Positions 27,328 through 36,718 of a stretch of 64,000 bases of DNA are shown here, one piece after another. The position numbers were made by a program, and so were the translations under genes. The DNA comes from Thermoplasmata archaeon (lineage in GTDB: Archaea; Thermoplasmatota; Thermoplasmata; Thermoplasmatales; GCA-001856825). How positions within the stretch are numbered: the first letter of the stretch is position 1; every line of letters starts with the position of its first letter. Below the pieces are notes generated by a model that ran no database searches, was not told the origin of the DNA, and saw only the letters and a program-made list of their open reading frames with translations. The stretch spans positions 33,444 to 97,443 of the forward strand of contig JAJYUZ010000002.1 in assembly GCA_021792255.1 (NCBI GenBank), given 5' to 3'.

Positions 27328-28308
27328 ATGATGATGTCAAACGAGCTCAACTGGCTACCCGATTTAATTAACAAACTCGACAAGAAGAGTGTAAGAGAAG
27401 CATACGGAAATACTCTCGTGTCGGTGGGTGCGGACAAGTCGGTTGTAGTTCTAGACGCTGATTTATCTACTTCAACCCATACATCAATGTTCCAGAAAAA
27501 GTACCCTGAAAGATTCTTCAATGTGGGAATTTCCGAGAACAACATGATGGGGGTTGCATCTGGTCTCTCTTGGACCGGGAAGAAAGTTTTTGTATCTTCT
27601 TTTGCAATCTTCGCTACTGGAAGGGCGTACGATTTTGTTAGGCAGAGCGTGTGCTATGCAGATAGCGATGTCAGGATAGTCGCGACTCACGCTGGATTGA
27701 CAGTAGGTGAAGACGGTGCCACCCATCAAATGCTAGAAGACATTGGATTGATGACGGGCCTCCCAAGGATGAGAGTATTCGTACCCGCGGACGCTCTGGA
27801 GACGGAGGAGATAGTAAGATATGTCTATGAAAACAGGGGACCTTTTTATGTCAGGCTCTCGAGAGAAAAGGTACCCGTTGTTCACGATTCTGAGTCTTTC
27901 AGGTTTGGCAGAGCAGAAACGATAACTGACGGAGATGATTTGACTATCATAGCGACCGGCATCCTCGTTTCGGCGGCGAAAATTGCGACATCTTATCTGA
28001 AACAGAAAGGAATTTCAGCGAGGGTGTTGAACATGGCTACGATAAAGCCTATCGACAGTGATTCAATTTTAAAGGCGGCTAGGGAAACTGGTCGAATACT
28101 TACCGCGGAAGAGCACAGCATATACAACGGACTTGGTAGCAGAGTGAGTGAAGTGGTCACGGAGAGTTATCCCGTACTGGTAAGACGGCTGGGAGTGAAC
28201 GACACGTTCGGCGAGTCGGGGAAATCGTGGGAATTGATGGACAAGTATGGTCTGAATCCGATGGGAATTGTAAATAAAGTGGAAGAGATGATGAAGGTGA
28301 CTGTATGA
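27328..28308 (+). CDS. transketolase, C-terminal (pyrimidine-binding) subunit
   Basis: 326 aa. Motifs: FNVGISENNMMGVASGL, THAGLTVGEDGATHQ. Confidence 0.9.
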   Translation: MMMSNELNWLPDLINKLDKKSVREAYGNTLVSVGADKSVVVLDADLSTSTHTSMFQKKYPERFFNVGISENNMMGVASGLSWTGKKVFVSSFAIFATGRAYDFVRQSVCYADSDVRIVATHAGLTVGEDGATHQMLEDIGLMTGLPRMRVFVPADALETEEIVRYVYENRGPFYVRLSREKVPVVHDSESFRFGRAETITDGDDLTIIATGILVSAAKIATSYLKQKGISARVLNMATIKPIDSDSILKAARETGRILTAEEHSIYNGLGSRVSEVVTESYPVLVRRLGVNDTFGESGKSWELMDKYGLNPMGIVNKVEEMMKVTV

Positions 28309-28973
28309 AATTCTTTCTAGATACTGCAAACATTGCAGAAATTGAAGAGGGTGTCTCTTGGGGGTGCGTAGACGGTATTACAACGAATCCAACGCTAATT
28401 TCGAAAGAACTGGTAGGGAATACTAATTTCAAGACCCTTGTCAAACGCATACTGGACATAGTTGATGGACCCCTTTCACTGGAAGTCACATCCACGTCTT
28501 CGGACGCAATGGTGGAAGAGGCAAAGAGACTTAAGAAACTTGGAGACAACGTCGTCGTAAAGATCCCAACGACGGTCGAGGGGCTCAAGGCACTCAAAGT
28601 ATTGAAGGCACGAAATATTGATACGAATGCCACCCTGGTTTTTTCCGTCAATCAAGCCATAATGGTCGCAAAAGCAGGAGCAACTTACGCTTCCCCGTTT
28701 GTCGGCAGACTTGATGATATCAGCGAGGACGGAATGTCCCTGATAGAAGACATCAGAGATGTATACGACAACTACAATATCGAAACCAAAATCATCGTGG
28801 CTTCGGTCAGGCATCCTATACATGTCAGAGATGCAGCCCTTATTGGAGCCGACATCGCAACAATGCCTTTTGAGGTCTTCAAAAAACTAATAAATCATCC
28901 CAAAACTGATGAAGGACTCAAGCGATTCTTAGCCGACTGGCAAAAGATTGACAAGAGCAAACTGGTATTTTGA
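28305..28973 (+). CDS. transaldolase / fructose-6-phosphate aldolase family (short type)
   Basis: 222 aa with MKFFLDTANI..., GITTNPTL, and VVVKIPTT (Schiff-base Lys context). ATGA overlap with the upstream transketolase gene. Confidence 0.9.
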   Translation: MKFFLDTANIAEIEEGVSWGCVDGITTNPTLISKELVGNTNFKTLVKRILDIVDGPLSLEVTSTSSDAMVEEAKRLKKLGDNVVVKIPTTVEGLKALKVLKARNIDTNATLVFSVNQAIMVAKAGATYASPFVGRLDDISEDGMSLIEDIRDVYDNYNIETKIIVASVRHPIHVRDAALIGADIATMPFEVFKKLINHPKTDEGLKRFLADWQKIDKSKLVF

Positions 28974-29776
28974 TGGGCAAGGTCATTGCAATAGCGAGCC
29001 CGCCAGATCTGGACGCAGTGGCTTCCGTCTACCTGCTTAAGAGAGCAGTAAAAGATGAAGTGGAGGTGAAATACCTCGACCATAGCGTAATCGAAATGTC
29101 CGATGCAGATTACATTCTGGATTCACCTCATGGGAGGGCGAGGATCAAGCGGTTCGATCATCACGACACTAAAGAATGGACGTGCTCGGCCATGAAAGTC
29201 GTACAGTACTTCAACATGGGGGGAGCCGAAAAGAGGCTCGCCGAAGCCGTTTGCTGGCAGGACAATGCCGGTTGGAGATCTCTTGGAAGAGACGGAACAG
29301 ACAACCTTCTCGATACGGCTCTCAAGAGTATGATGGTAGCAGGATTTAGGTCTGAAGAATTTGACGAGATTTTCAAGACGATTTTTGACTCGCTGATAAC
29401 CAAGTTCGAAGAGGACAGTAAGGTAATAACTCAAATTGAAAAAAACATAATCTTCCGAAGCGAGGAAAACGAGGTGCTGACGGTAAAAGGCGATTTTCCA
29501 AAAGATGTCATATTTCAGGAATTCTCGCCGAAGTTCTTGGTGAAGGTATCGAAGTGGGGCATCTCCGTAACTAGAACGGCAAAATTGGAGTTGCCAGATC
29601 TCAACGACTTCAAGGATAAGGTAAAAAAGATCGATAGCAAGGGAATAGGCAAATGGTTTTTTCACCCTCTGGGCTTCTATCTCGGTTATTCCACAGATCC
29701 GGACAAGAACGAAAAGGTTCCAGTAGACCCCATTGTTTTCTCAAAGGAACTCCTTTCATTCGTGACAAAAAAGTGA
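28973..29776 (+). CDS. hypothetical protein with DHH-phosphoesterase-like motifs
   Basis: 267 aa from an ATG that overlaps the transaldolase TGA (TGATG). The N-terminal third carries SPPDLDAVAS (DxD), SDADYILD and FDHHD (DHH) in the order of DHH motifs I-III. No DHHA1 GGGH motif. Confidence 0.55.
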   Translation: MGKVIAIASPPDLDAVASVYLLKRAVKDEVEVKYLDHSVIEMSDADYILDSPHGRARIKRFDHHDTKEWTCSAMKVVQYFNMGGAEKRLAEAVCWQDNAGWRSLGRDGTDNLLDTALKSMMVAGFRSEEFDEIFKTIFDSLITKFEEDSKVITQIEKNIIFRSEENEVLTVKGDFPKDVIFQEFSPKFLVKVSKWGISVTRTAKLELPDLNDFKDKVKKIDSKGIGKWFFHPLGFYLGYSTDPDKNEKVPVDPIVFSKELLSFVTKK

Positions 29777-30025
29777 CACGTAAGAAGGGAGTCTCAGAAA
29801 ACCGCGACTTATGCCATTATGACAGTAATATTGTAAGAAGCGTAGTCATTCTAATCTGTCTTCCCTTACTTTATCGCACTTGTCGTGTGACCGGGCATTT
29901 CTCAGTATTACTACTCAGTACGACAATTAAGGAGAGTGGAAATTGCTCAATTTAATTGAACGGCTCTGAACGGTCCGTCCCTATATCATTTTACTAAGTC
30001 TTTCAGAGTTATTTTTGTGCGCAAA

Positions 30026-30940
30026 ATGAAGAAAAGTTTGATAAGAAATGAACACTACACCGCCATGCAAAAATTCAAGGACGTACAGTCTGAGACTCCA
30101 GAGAGCAACTACAGGCTGGACAGGGTAGGTCTTACCGGTGTAGTTAGACCAATAACGGTGCAGAGGAAGAGGAAGACCATAACTCTCATACCAACGTTCA
30201 GGGTCTTTGTCGATCTTCCGCCATCGAGGAAGGGCAGCGATCTGTCAAGAGATATAGAAGCCGTGGAAGATGTCGTTGAAGGTGAAGTAGAAGGAAGGAC
30301 CAAGGGGATAGAATATGTGGCCGAGTTGATAGTGGAAAAGCTACTGACCAGACATCCCTATGCAACATCAGCTGAGGCAGATCTAACTGCAGATTATTTC
30401 CTAGAAAGAATGAATCCTAAGGGAAGAAAAACGACTGAAAAATACCTGATAAAGGGGAAAGCCATCAAGAAGGACGGAGAAAGAACAAAAAGGTACATAG
30501 GAGCTACGGCAACAGGGATAACGGTGTGTCCTTCGGCAATGAAGACAGTCTCTGCTCTCATGAACAGGGAGGTAGATTCGCCTCCGTACATATCCCACAA
30601 CCAGAGGAACGATGTTTCAATCTTGATGGAGGCGCCAGATGGATGGGACGTTGAAGTTAACGAGCTCATAGATATAGCAGAACAGTCAATGAGCGCACCT
30701 ACCTACGAGCTACTAAAGAGGGAGGAGGAAGGCATGCTGGTACTCCAGGCACACCAGAATCCCAAGTTTGTTGAAGATGCAGTGAGGGATGCGATGAAAC
30801 TGATCGTAAAGAAATTTGCAAAAATGCCTGATGAGGTTTCGGTAAAGGTGACCAGCGAAAGCTATGAGACGATTCACAAGCACAACGCATACGCAGAAAA
30901 ATCCGGGACTCTCGGAGAGCTCAGGAGAGAGTTGGGCTAA
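30026..30940 (+). CDS. mptA: GTP cyclohydrolase MptA / FolE2 (type IB/IV) family
   Basis: About 304 aa (ATG 30026; GTG 30017 also possible). DVQSE...YRLDRVGLTGV at the N-terminus and conserved C-terminal HKHNAYA are typical of the FolE2/MptA family. Confidence 0.8.
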   Translation: MKKSLIRNEHYTAMQKFKDVQSETPESNYRLDRVGLTGVVRPITVQRKRKTITLIPTFRVFVDLPPSRKGSDLSRDIEAVEDVVEGEVEGRTKGIEYVAELIVEKLLTRHPYATSAEADLTADYFLERMNPKGRKTTEKYLIKGKAIKKDGERTKRYIGATATGITVCPSAMKTVSALMNREVDSPPYISHNQRNDVSILMEAPDGWDVEVNELIDIAEQSMSAPTYELLKREEEGMLVLQAHQNPKFVEDAVRDAMKLIVKKFAKMPDEVSVKVTSESYETIHKHNAYAEKSGTLGELRRELG

Positions 30941-33642
30941 GACCAGAATCTTCTGTTCTTGGCGAACTCAACTTCACTGATTAGTATTTTTTCCAACAGT
31001 TCGTTTTCTGACCTAGTTGGTACTTCGAGTATTCTGGATGCGCTTTCCGGTCCAATACCGTGTGCAGCAAGAACCAGGAGAGCTCTTTCTTCATACATTC
31101 TCATCAGATGGTAGGAAGTCCTGATCTTCTTCAGTGTCTCTGCAGTCATCTTTCGAGTATTTTCGACCTCGTATGGCTTTATGGGGGCTATTCTCGGGCT
31201 GCTGCAGAATATGCATCTCCTCTCCTTTAGTTCCTGCACTCTGCTCTTGAAAATCCTGTGGCAGCTTAGGCAGTAGAACGCCATCTCCTCAGAAAGAAGT
31301 CTCTTTCTTACAGCAGAGAGTATTGGTGCCGTAGGTCTTATCGGCATCATCTTCTCCTTCAGGCTGTTCATGTAGAGCTTGGATGAACTGGAAAACGCTC
31401 CTTTCACCTCTATAGCCATTTTTCCCGATGAAATCATCTCGCCTATTTTGGAGAGATTTTCGACATCAAGGTAGTCCCACTTGAATTTCTCAAGGGCTTC
31501 CTTGAAGAATGGGGTGTCCCTGTAGGAAGAAAAGATTCTCTCTATTCTTATTCTAGTGTAGTCGCTCTCCTTCGATAACACGCCAAATTTTTTTGCAACA
31601 TTCACAGTGCTGTACTGAAACGTCCTTGATTTTTCAACGTACCTGTCGAGATTTTGAAATTCATCTTGCATCTGTTCTAGGATCTCTACAACCTCTTCGG
31701 TCCTGTACCGCATATTACCCTGGATAACTATGTGATAAGGAGAATTGTCAAAGAGGAATGACTCTCCGTACTTCTCGGAGAGCTTGAAAGTGATGATGAG
31801 AGCCAGGGTGTAATTGACCTTTGTTCCAGCGGTGAGCTGGATGACTGAAGTGACACCCTCCTTTTCCAGTCTCAGCAATTGGTCATTTGCTGTACTCTTC
31901 CTGAAATCCCTTACTTTTTCCTTCGTAAACTCATCAAGATTATTGTCCAAAACGCCTTCCCTCCTTTCTCTACCTACCTCCATCGCGATCTCGAATGGCA
32001 CGGGGATTTCCTCTCCAGACCAACTTGGAGGAACGGAAATACCTTGGATGAAATCAACGTAGATGTATCTCTCCTTTATTCCGAGAACCCTCCAAGTGCT
32101 TCCCTTCAGAGTGAACGTCGAACCAACATCGATCTCAGAGGCTACATATCCTTCATCCAGAAATCCGATGATTTTAGAAGTACTCGATTCTTTCACGACG
32201 TATCTCTTCTCGTCCGGAATCATCGAAATATTTTCTATGAAATATTTCAGCGTTCTTCCGCTCTTTCGGACGACTTTCGATTCAGGGTCGTATCTGATGA
32301 CGTAAATTGAGGAAAGAAATACAAGGAGCGATTCGAACTCTTCTCTAGTCAAGGTGCTGAAATTTTTGATTCTTCTGAAAATATCAAGTGCACTGTCCAC
32401 ACCGACCTGCCTCTCAGCATTGACTAGGGCCATGATTTGATTTGCTACCACGATTAACGGATTCTCTCTTATTTTGACGTTCTCAATCGAATTCCGTTCT
32501 GCGAACTTGGAGATCACCCCTCCTTCTTCCGCCTCAATCTCATTCATCGCTACAATCATTCCCTTGGAGGTTTCCGCCAGCCTGTGCTTACCTCTTCCAA
32601 CTCTCTGCACCAGCCTTATGACTTGCCTCGGAGAATTGACCTGGGCAACGAAATCTACGCTTCCAACGTCTATGCCCAATTCCATGCTAGACGTGCAAAT
32701 TATTCCCTTTAACTTACCTTTCTTGAAATCTTCCTCAATCTTTGTCCTTACATCCTTTCCTAGAGAACCGTGGTGCACTTCTACCAATATTTTTTCGTCG
32801 ACCAAACGGAGTCTCATTACAAGGTCTTCAGCCGTTGCCCTTGTATTTGAAAAGACAATGAACTGTTTGCCAGAGCTATACAATTTCATTATGTAATCTA
32901 CAATCTGTGCATAATTTTCGTCCGATCCAATGATATCTCTGAAAGAAGGGAGTGCATCTTTAGGCATCGAGACGCTGATTTCATAACGCTTGGAAACTCC
33001 AGCCTTCAATACCTTGTATTCGCTATCGAAGAACAGATTTTTTGAGACCTCCTCTGGGTTGCCTATCGTAGCCGAGATTGCAATTATCTTAAACTCAGGA
33101 GCTATTTCTCTCATCCTTGAAAGTCCGACCATCAACTGCCATCCTCTCTCGTCGTTCAGAAGTTCATGGACCTCGTCTATTATCACGTACCTGACGGTTT
33201 TCAGATGGTTCCTGATCTTCTTCCCACTCACGATGAGCTGCAGGGTCTCAGGGGTCGTGATTAGCACCTGCGGCGGATGCAATAACTGATATCTTCTCTC
33301 ACTTTCGCTGCTATCACCGTGCCTCACTCCAACCTCGAGCCCGAATGCTTTACCATAAAACTCTATTCTTGATAGCACATCTCTGTTAAGCGCTCTTAAA
33401 GGTGTGATGTATATGGCGCCAAATCCACGTATCTGCTCTTTAATCTCTCGCAGTCTGAAGAAAACAGGAAGAACAGCTGCTTCCGTTTTACCGCTACCAG
33501 TTGGCGATGTGAGTAGGACGTTGTGATTCTTCAGGATTTCCGGAATTCCTATCTTTTGAGGTTCCGTAAAGGCGGTGAATCCCCTCTCTCTGAGAACTGC
33601 GAGAAGCTTTTTCTCCACTTCCACCTCAGATAGTCCTCCCAT
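30937..33642 (-). CDS. Lhr-like ATP-dependent SF2 helicase
   Basis: 901 aa. Helicase motifs: TEPQ (Q motif), SPTGSGKT, IIDEVHEL, SATIGN, VGRGKHR. The long C-terminal region has a CxxC...CxxC zinc ribbon (CLSCHRI...CIFCSS). Confidence 0.85.
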   Translation of the reverse strand: MGGLSEVEVEKKLLAVLRERGFTAFTEPQKIGIPEILKNHNVLLTSPTGSGKTEAAVLPVFFRLREIKEQIRGFGAIYITPLRALNRDVLSRIEFYGKAFGLEVGVRHGDSSESERRYQLLHPPQVLITTPETLQLIVSGKKIRNHLKTVRYVIIDEVHELLNDERGWQLMVGLSRMREIAPEFKIIAISATIGNPEEVSKNLFFDSEYKVLKAGVSKRYEISVSMPKDALPSFRDIIGSDENYAQIVDYIMKLYSSGKQFIVFSNTRATAEDLVMRLRLVDEKILVEVHHGSLGKDVRTKIEEDFKKGKLKGIICTSSMELGIDVGSVDFVAQVNSPRQVIRLVQRVGRGKHRLAETSKGMIVAMNEIEAEEGGVISKFAERNSIENVKIRENPLIVVANQIMALVNAERQVGVDSALDIFRRIKNFSTLTREEFESLLVFLSSIYVIRYDPESKVVRKSGRTLKYFIENISMIPDEKRYVVKESSTSKIIGFLDEGYVASEIDVGSTFTLKGSTWRVLGIKERYIYVDFIQGISVPPSWSGEEIPVPFEIAMEVGRERREGVLDNNLDEFTKEKVRDFRKSTANDQLLRLEKEGVTSVIQLTAGTKVNYTLALIITFKLSEKYGESFLFDNSPYHIVIQGNMRYRTEEVVEILEQMQDEFQNLDRYVEKSRTFQYSTVNVAKKFGVLSKESDYTRIRIERIFSSYRDTPFFKEALEKFKWDYLDVENLSKIGEMISSGKMAIEVKGAFSSSSKLYMNSLKEKMMPIRPTAPILSAVRKRLLSEEMAFYCLSCHRIFKSRVQELKERRCIFCSSPRIAPIKPYEVENTRKMTAETLKKIRTSYHLMRMYEERALLVLAAHGIGPESASRILEVPTRSENELLEKILISEVEFAKNRRFWS

Positions 33643-33731
33643 GTCTTCACAGAATACCTAAACAGCTTAAAAATTAGTGCACCAAAATTCTCCCAAGAAA
33701 ATTATTTAAAGGGTGTCTAACTTGCGCTCTA

Positions 33732-34463
33732 ATGTTAGGAAAGATGGGTCTCAGACCTTATTCTATCTATGAAATTAAGGAGTTAACTCACGGAGAATCT
33801 GACAGTCCAAGAATAGTGAGTTTTAAGATGAGACCGAAGGACGGGCAAAAATTCAATTTCGTCCCAGGAATGTTCTCATCACTATTCCTGAACCCTAACG
33901 ATAAATTGTTCCGCTCTTATTCCATAGCCTCTTCTCCGACCGAAGATCACCTGGAATTCATGATTGAATTGATAAATGGAAGATTTACCAGTCTACTGGC
34001 GAATCTCAAAGAGGGAGACGAGATATACGTTTCAGAGCCTAGAGGTGCATTCCTGTACGAGCCAAGTGATAAACACAATGATCTTTTTCTTGCAGCAGGT
34101 ATAGGTATCGCACCATTTTTTTCAATGCTCAGGTATCTGAAGAGTAAGAATATGAAGAGAAATGTGTACCTATTTTACAGCATAAAGCACAAGGACGACA
34201 TTGTAAATCTCTCTGAACTGGAGGGGTACAAAGAGCTTGGCTTGAACATCATCTATACAGTAACCAGGGATGCAGAAAACGAACCGTGGTCTGGGGAGAG
34301 AGGGAGAATCAATATGCAGATGATTCAGAAGCACTCGGGGGACTTCGTTTCGAGGACGGTATATTTATGTGGAGGAATCAGGTTTGTAAAGGACATAGTC
34401 GAAGAGCTCAAGTCTGAGGGAATAGCGGACGAAGAAATCAAGAGAGATATCTGGGGAGAGTAA
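33732..34463 (+). CDS. ferredoxin-NADP reductase-like FAD/NAD(P)-binding oxidoreductase
   Basis: 243 aa with RSYSIASSP (the RxYS FAD motif), AAGIGIAPF (NAD(P) binding GxGxxP) and a C-terminal YLCGG. Confidence 0.8.
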   Translation: MLGKMGLRPYSIYEIKELTHGESDSPRIVSFKMRPKDGQKFNFVPGMFSSLFLNPNDKLFRSYSIASSPTEDHLEFMIELINGRFTSLLANLKEGDEIYVSEPRGAFLYEPSDKHNDLFLAAGIGIAPFFSMLRYLKSKNMKRNVYLFYSIKHKDDIVNLSELEGYKELGLNIIYTVTRDAENEPWSGERGRINMQMIQKHSGDFVSRTVYLCGGIRFVKDIVEELKSEGIADEEIKRDIWGE

Positions 34464-34671
34464 ACTAGATTTTGAGAATTTGGGTACGGAGTCACAATAT
34501 GCAAAGAGTACAGATTTTCACATATCATCTTCAATTAAAGGCAAATGAATGACTTTTTTCTTGATTAAATTTTGGTTGTTGAATTTATTAGTCCAGAGCT
34601 GAAAGGAGCACGTAAAATGTTCCTTCTTCTGACAACGCTTATATAGCAAAGTTCCATCGCCATCAGATAGG

Positions 34672-35748
34672 ATGGAACTAAGATATTTCATAATTCGAAG
34701 AATGTTACTTCTCATCCCAACGATTTTAGGATTGACCATTTTCATGTTTATTCTGATCGATTCAGTGCCGAAAGGAATTCTTGCATCACCGTACATAAAT
34801 CCACATTCCTCGGTTCCGGTAAAGATACAGATACAGAATGCGTTAAAGATCTTGGGATTGAACTATCCTCCTCCAATAGCTTACCTTTTCTACCTAGATA
34901 GACTGGTCCACGGCGACCTCGGGCTAATGAGTATGCCGGGATATCCCAACTCTGTCTCAGCAGCTATACTTGACGCTCTTCCCAATACTATTCAGCTGAC
35001 CATATTTGCCTCAATTGTTTCCATTGCAATTGCAATCCCACTTGGAACTTACATCGGTGCTAGGCCGAACTCAGTTGCAGACCAAGCAGGAAGAATTTTC
35101 ACGCTTACAGGATACGCAATTCCGGCCTTCTGGCTCGCCCTTTTACTACAGCTCGGGCTGGGTAAGGGGACAATATCTGGAAATCCATTTGGATTTTTCC
35201 CAATCTCTGGCTCGTTTACTGCCTCTTTGATTCCATATCCTCCACCGTCCTGGTTTGTAGGCGGGTATACGGAGCCTACACACCTTGTCATATTCGATTC
35301 ACTAATTCACGGGGATTTCCCCTTATTTGTTGACTCATTGGAGCACATAGTTCTCCCAACTCTTACCCTAACTTACGTACTCCTAGCGGGTATTCTCAGG
35401 TTCATAAGGGCTGGAATGGTTGATGCATCCAATCAAGAATATGTCAAGACCGCAAGATCAAAGGGAGTTCCAGAAAAGCAGGTCATAAAGAAACACATCA
35501 GGAAAAACGCGATGATCCCCGCCGTAACCGTGATGGGTCTTCTCATTGCAGGATTGCTCGGTGGAGTCGTCCTGACTGAAACGGTATTTCAGTACCCAGG
35601 AATGGGGTACCTCACTACTCAAGGTATTTTGTACTATCAGGTATGGCTGGTAATGGGCGGTGCTTTGGTGTTTGGACTGATATTAGTATTGACCAATCTT
35701 ATCGTAGATGTAGTCTATGCAATGACTGATCCGAGGATCAGATACTGA
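34672..35748 (+). CDS. peptide/nickel ABC transporter permease (OppB/DppB-like)
   Basis: 358 aa. N-terminus YFIIRRMLLLIPTILGLTIFMF, a conserved YVKTARSKG EAA-loop region, and C-terminus TDPRIRY. Confidence 0.9.
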   Translation: MELRYFIIRRMLLLIPTILGLTIFMFILIDSVPKGILASPYINPHSSVPVKIQIQNALKILGLNYPPPIAYLFYLDRLVHGDLGLMSMPGYPNSVSAAILDALPNTIQLTIFASIVSIAIAIPLGTYIGARPNSVADQAGRIFTLTGYAIPAFWLALLLQLGLGKGTISGNPFGFFPISGSFTASLIPYPPPSWFVGGYTEPTHLVIFDSLIHGDFPLFVDSLEHIVLPTLTLTYVLLAGILRFIRAGMVDASNQEYVKTARSKGVPEKQVIKKHIRKNAMIPAVTVMGLLIAGLLGGVVLTETVFQYPGMGYLTTQGILYYQVWLVMGGALVFGLILVLTNLIVDVVYAMTDPRIRY

Positions 35749-35759
35749 GGGATAAAAAA

Positions 35760-36713
35760 ATGGTAACGGAATCAACTATCGGTGGAAAGGTCCTAAAATC
35801 GCGTAACACTAAACGAAGACCTAGAATGGAAGATTTTTCTCATACCTTCAAGCTATTCGTTAAGAACAAGATCGCCTTCGTGGGCTTTGCAATCGTGCTC
35901 ATTTATTTTATAATAACTGTGCTTGATTATGCGGACCCATACTGGCTGGGAGTAGCCAATATAAATACAGTAGCAAGCTGGGCTCCCCACCTGACTGCTG
36001 CCGTTCCCACTCCTCCTACGCTAGCGAGGGGATGGTGGTACTGGTTTGGGGAGACCCAATTTCAGGCGCCCATATTCCCCGTTATGCTTGCAGCCCTCAA
36101 GACTGACATAACTTATTCTCTTATTGTTGTTCTGACTGGGCTGGTAATAGGAATAGTTTTGGGTACCCTGTCGGGATATTTTGGTAAACTATACGATGAA
36201 CTCCTAATGAGAATTACTGATATATTCTTCAGCGTCCCGACACTAGTAATGGCAATTGCCGTCACTACAGTTCTTGGGTATTCGTTGCAAAACGTGATGA
36301 TTGCACTCATCATTATTTGGTGGCCTATATATGCCAGACTTACGAGAGGAGTTTCACTCAGCATAAAGTCAAACAAGTACATTGAAGCCTCAACCGCAGC
36401 TGGCTCATCTGGACTTAGGAACGTTTTCGTGCACGTCCTGCCTAACGTGCTTTCCGTCGTGTTCGTGCAGTTCTCACTCGATCTGGGAACGGTAGTGCAA
36501 CTGTTAGCTGCACTTGATTTCATAGGTTTCAACAAAGCTAATCCTCTTCTTCCGGAGCTCGGAAGTATGCTAACGTGGGGGACTACTTACTTAGTTGGGG
36601 GCATATGGTGGCCGATCGTGGTCCCGGGAATATTCTTACTCATTTTCACTGTAGCGGTGAATTTAATGGGAGACGGATTGAGGGATGTACTTGACCCGAA
36701 ACTTAGGAGGTGA
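35760..36713 (+). CDS. peptide/nickel ABC transporter permease (OppC/DppC-like)
   Basis: 317 aa. Motifs: RITDIFFSVPTL, YIEASTAAGSS, LRDVLDPKLR. Confidence 0.9.
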   Translation: MVTESTIGGKVLKSRNTKRRPRMEDFSHTFKLFVKNKIAFVGFAIVLIYFIITVLDYADPYWLGVANINTVASWAPHLTAAVPTPPTLARGWWYWFGETQFQAPIFPVMLAALKTDITYSLIVVLTGLVIGIVLGTLSGYFGKLYDELLMRITDIFFSVPTLVMAIAVTTVLGYSLQNVMIALIIIWWPIYARLTRGVSLSIKSNKYIEASTAAGSSGLRNVFVHVLPNVLSVVFVQFSLDLGTVVQLLAALDFIGFNKANPLLPELGSMLTWGTTYLVGGIWWPIVVPGIFLLIFTVAVNLMGDGLRDVLDPKLRR

Positions 36714-36718
36714 GTAAT

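Noticed and set aside
26919-27545. 208-aa ORF on the minus strand
   Set aside because: It lies entirely antisense to the well-supported transketolase subunit genes. The translation is low-complexity and Ser/Leu-rich with no motifs, as expected for a shadow ORF of a purine-rich sense strand.
28157-29665. Minus-strand ORFs of 164 aa (28157-28651), 115 aa (28476-28823) and 180 aa (29123-29665)
   Set aside because: They are antisense to the transketolase C-subunit, transaldolase and DHH-like genes. They show no recognisable motifs, and the coding signal (motifs, overlapping-start operon structure) is on the plus strand.
29793-29855. Possible minus-strand C/D sRNA in the 249-nt spacer upstream of mptA (AAUGACU ... 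UCUGA)
   Set aside because: The C box lacks the UGAUGA core, and the internal D'/C' boxes are absent. The nearby GAACGG direct repeat and ACGGTCCGT palindrome (about 29958-29975) are too short to call.
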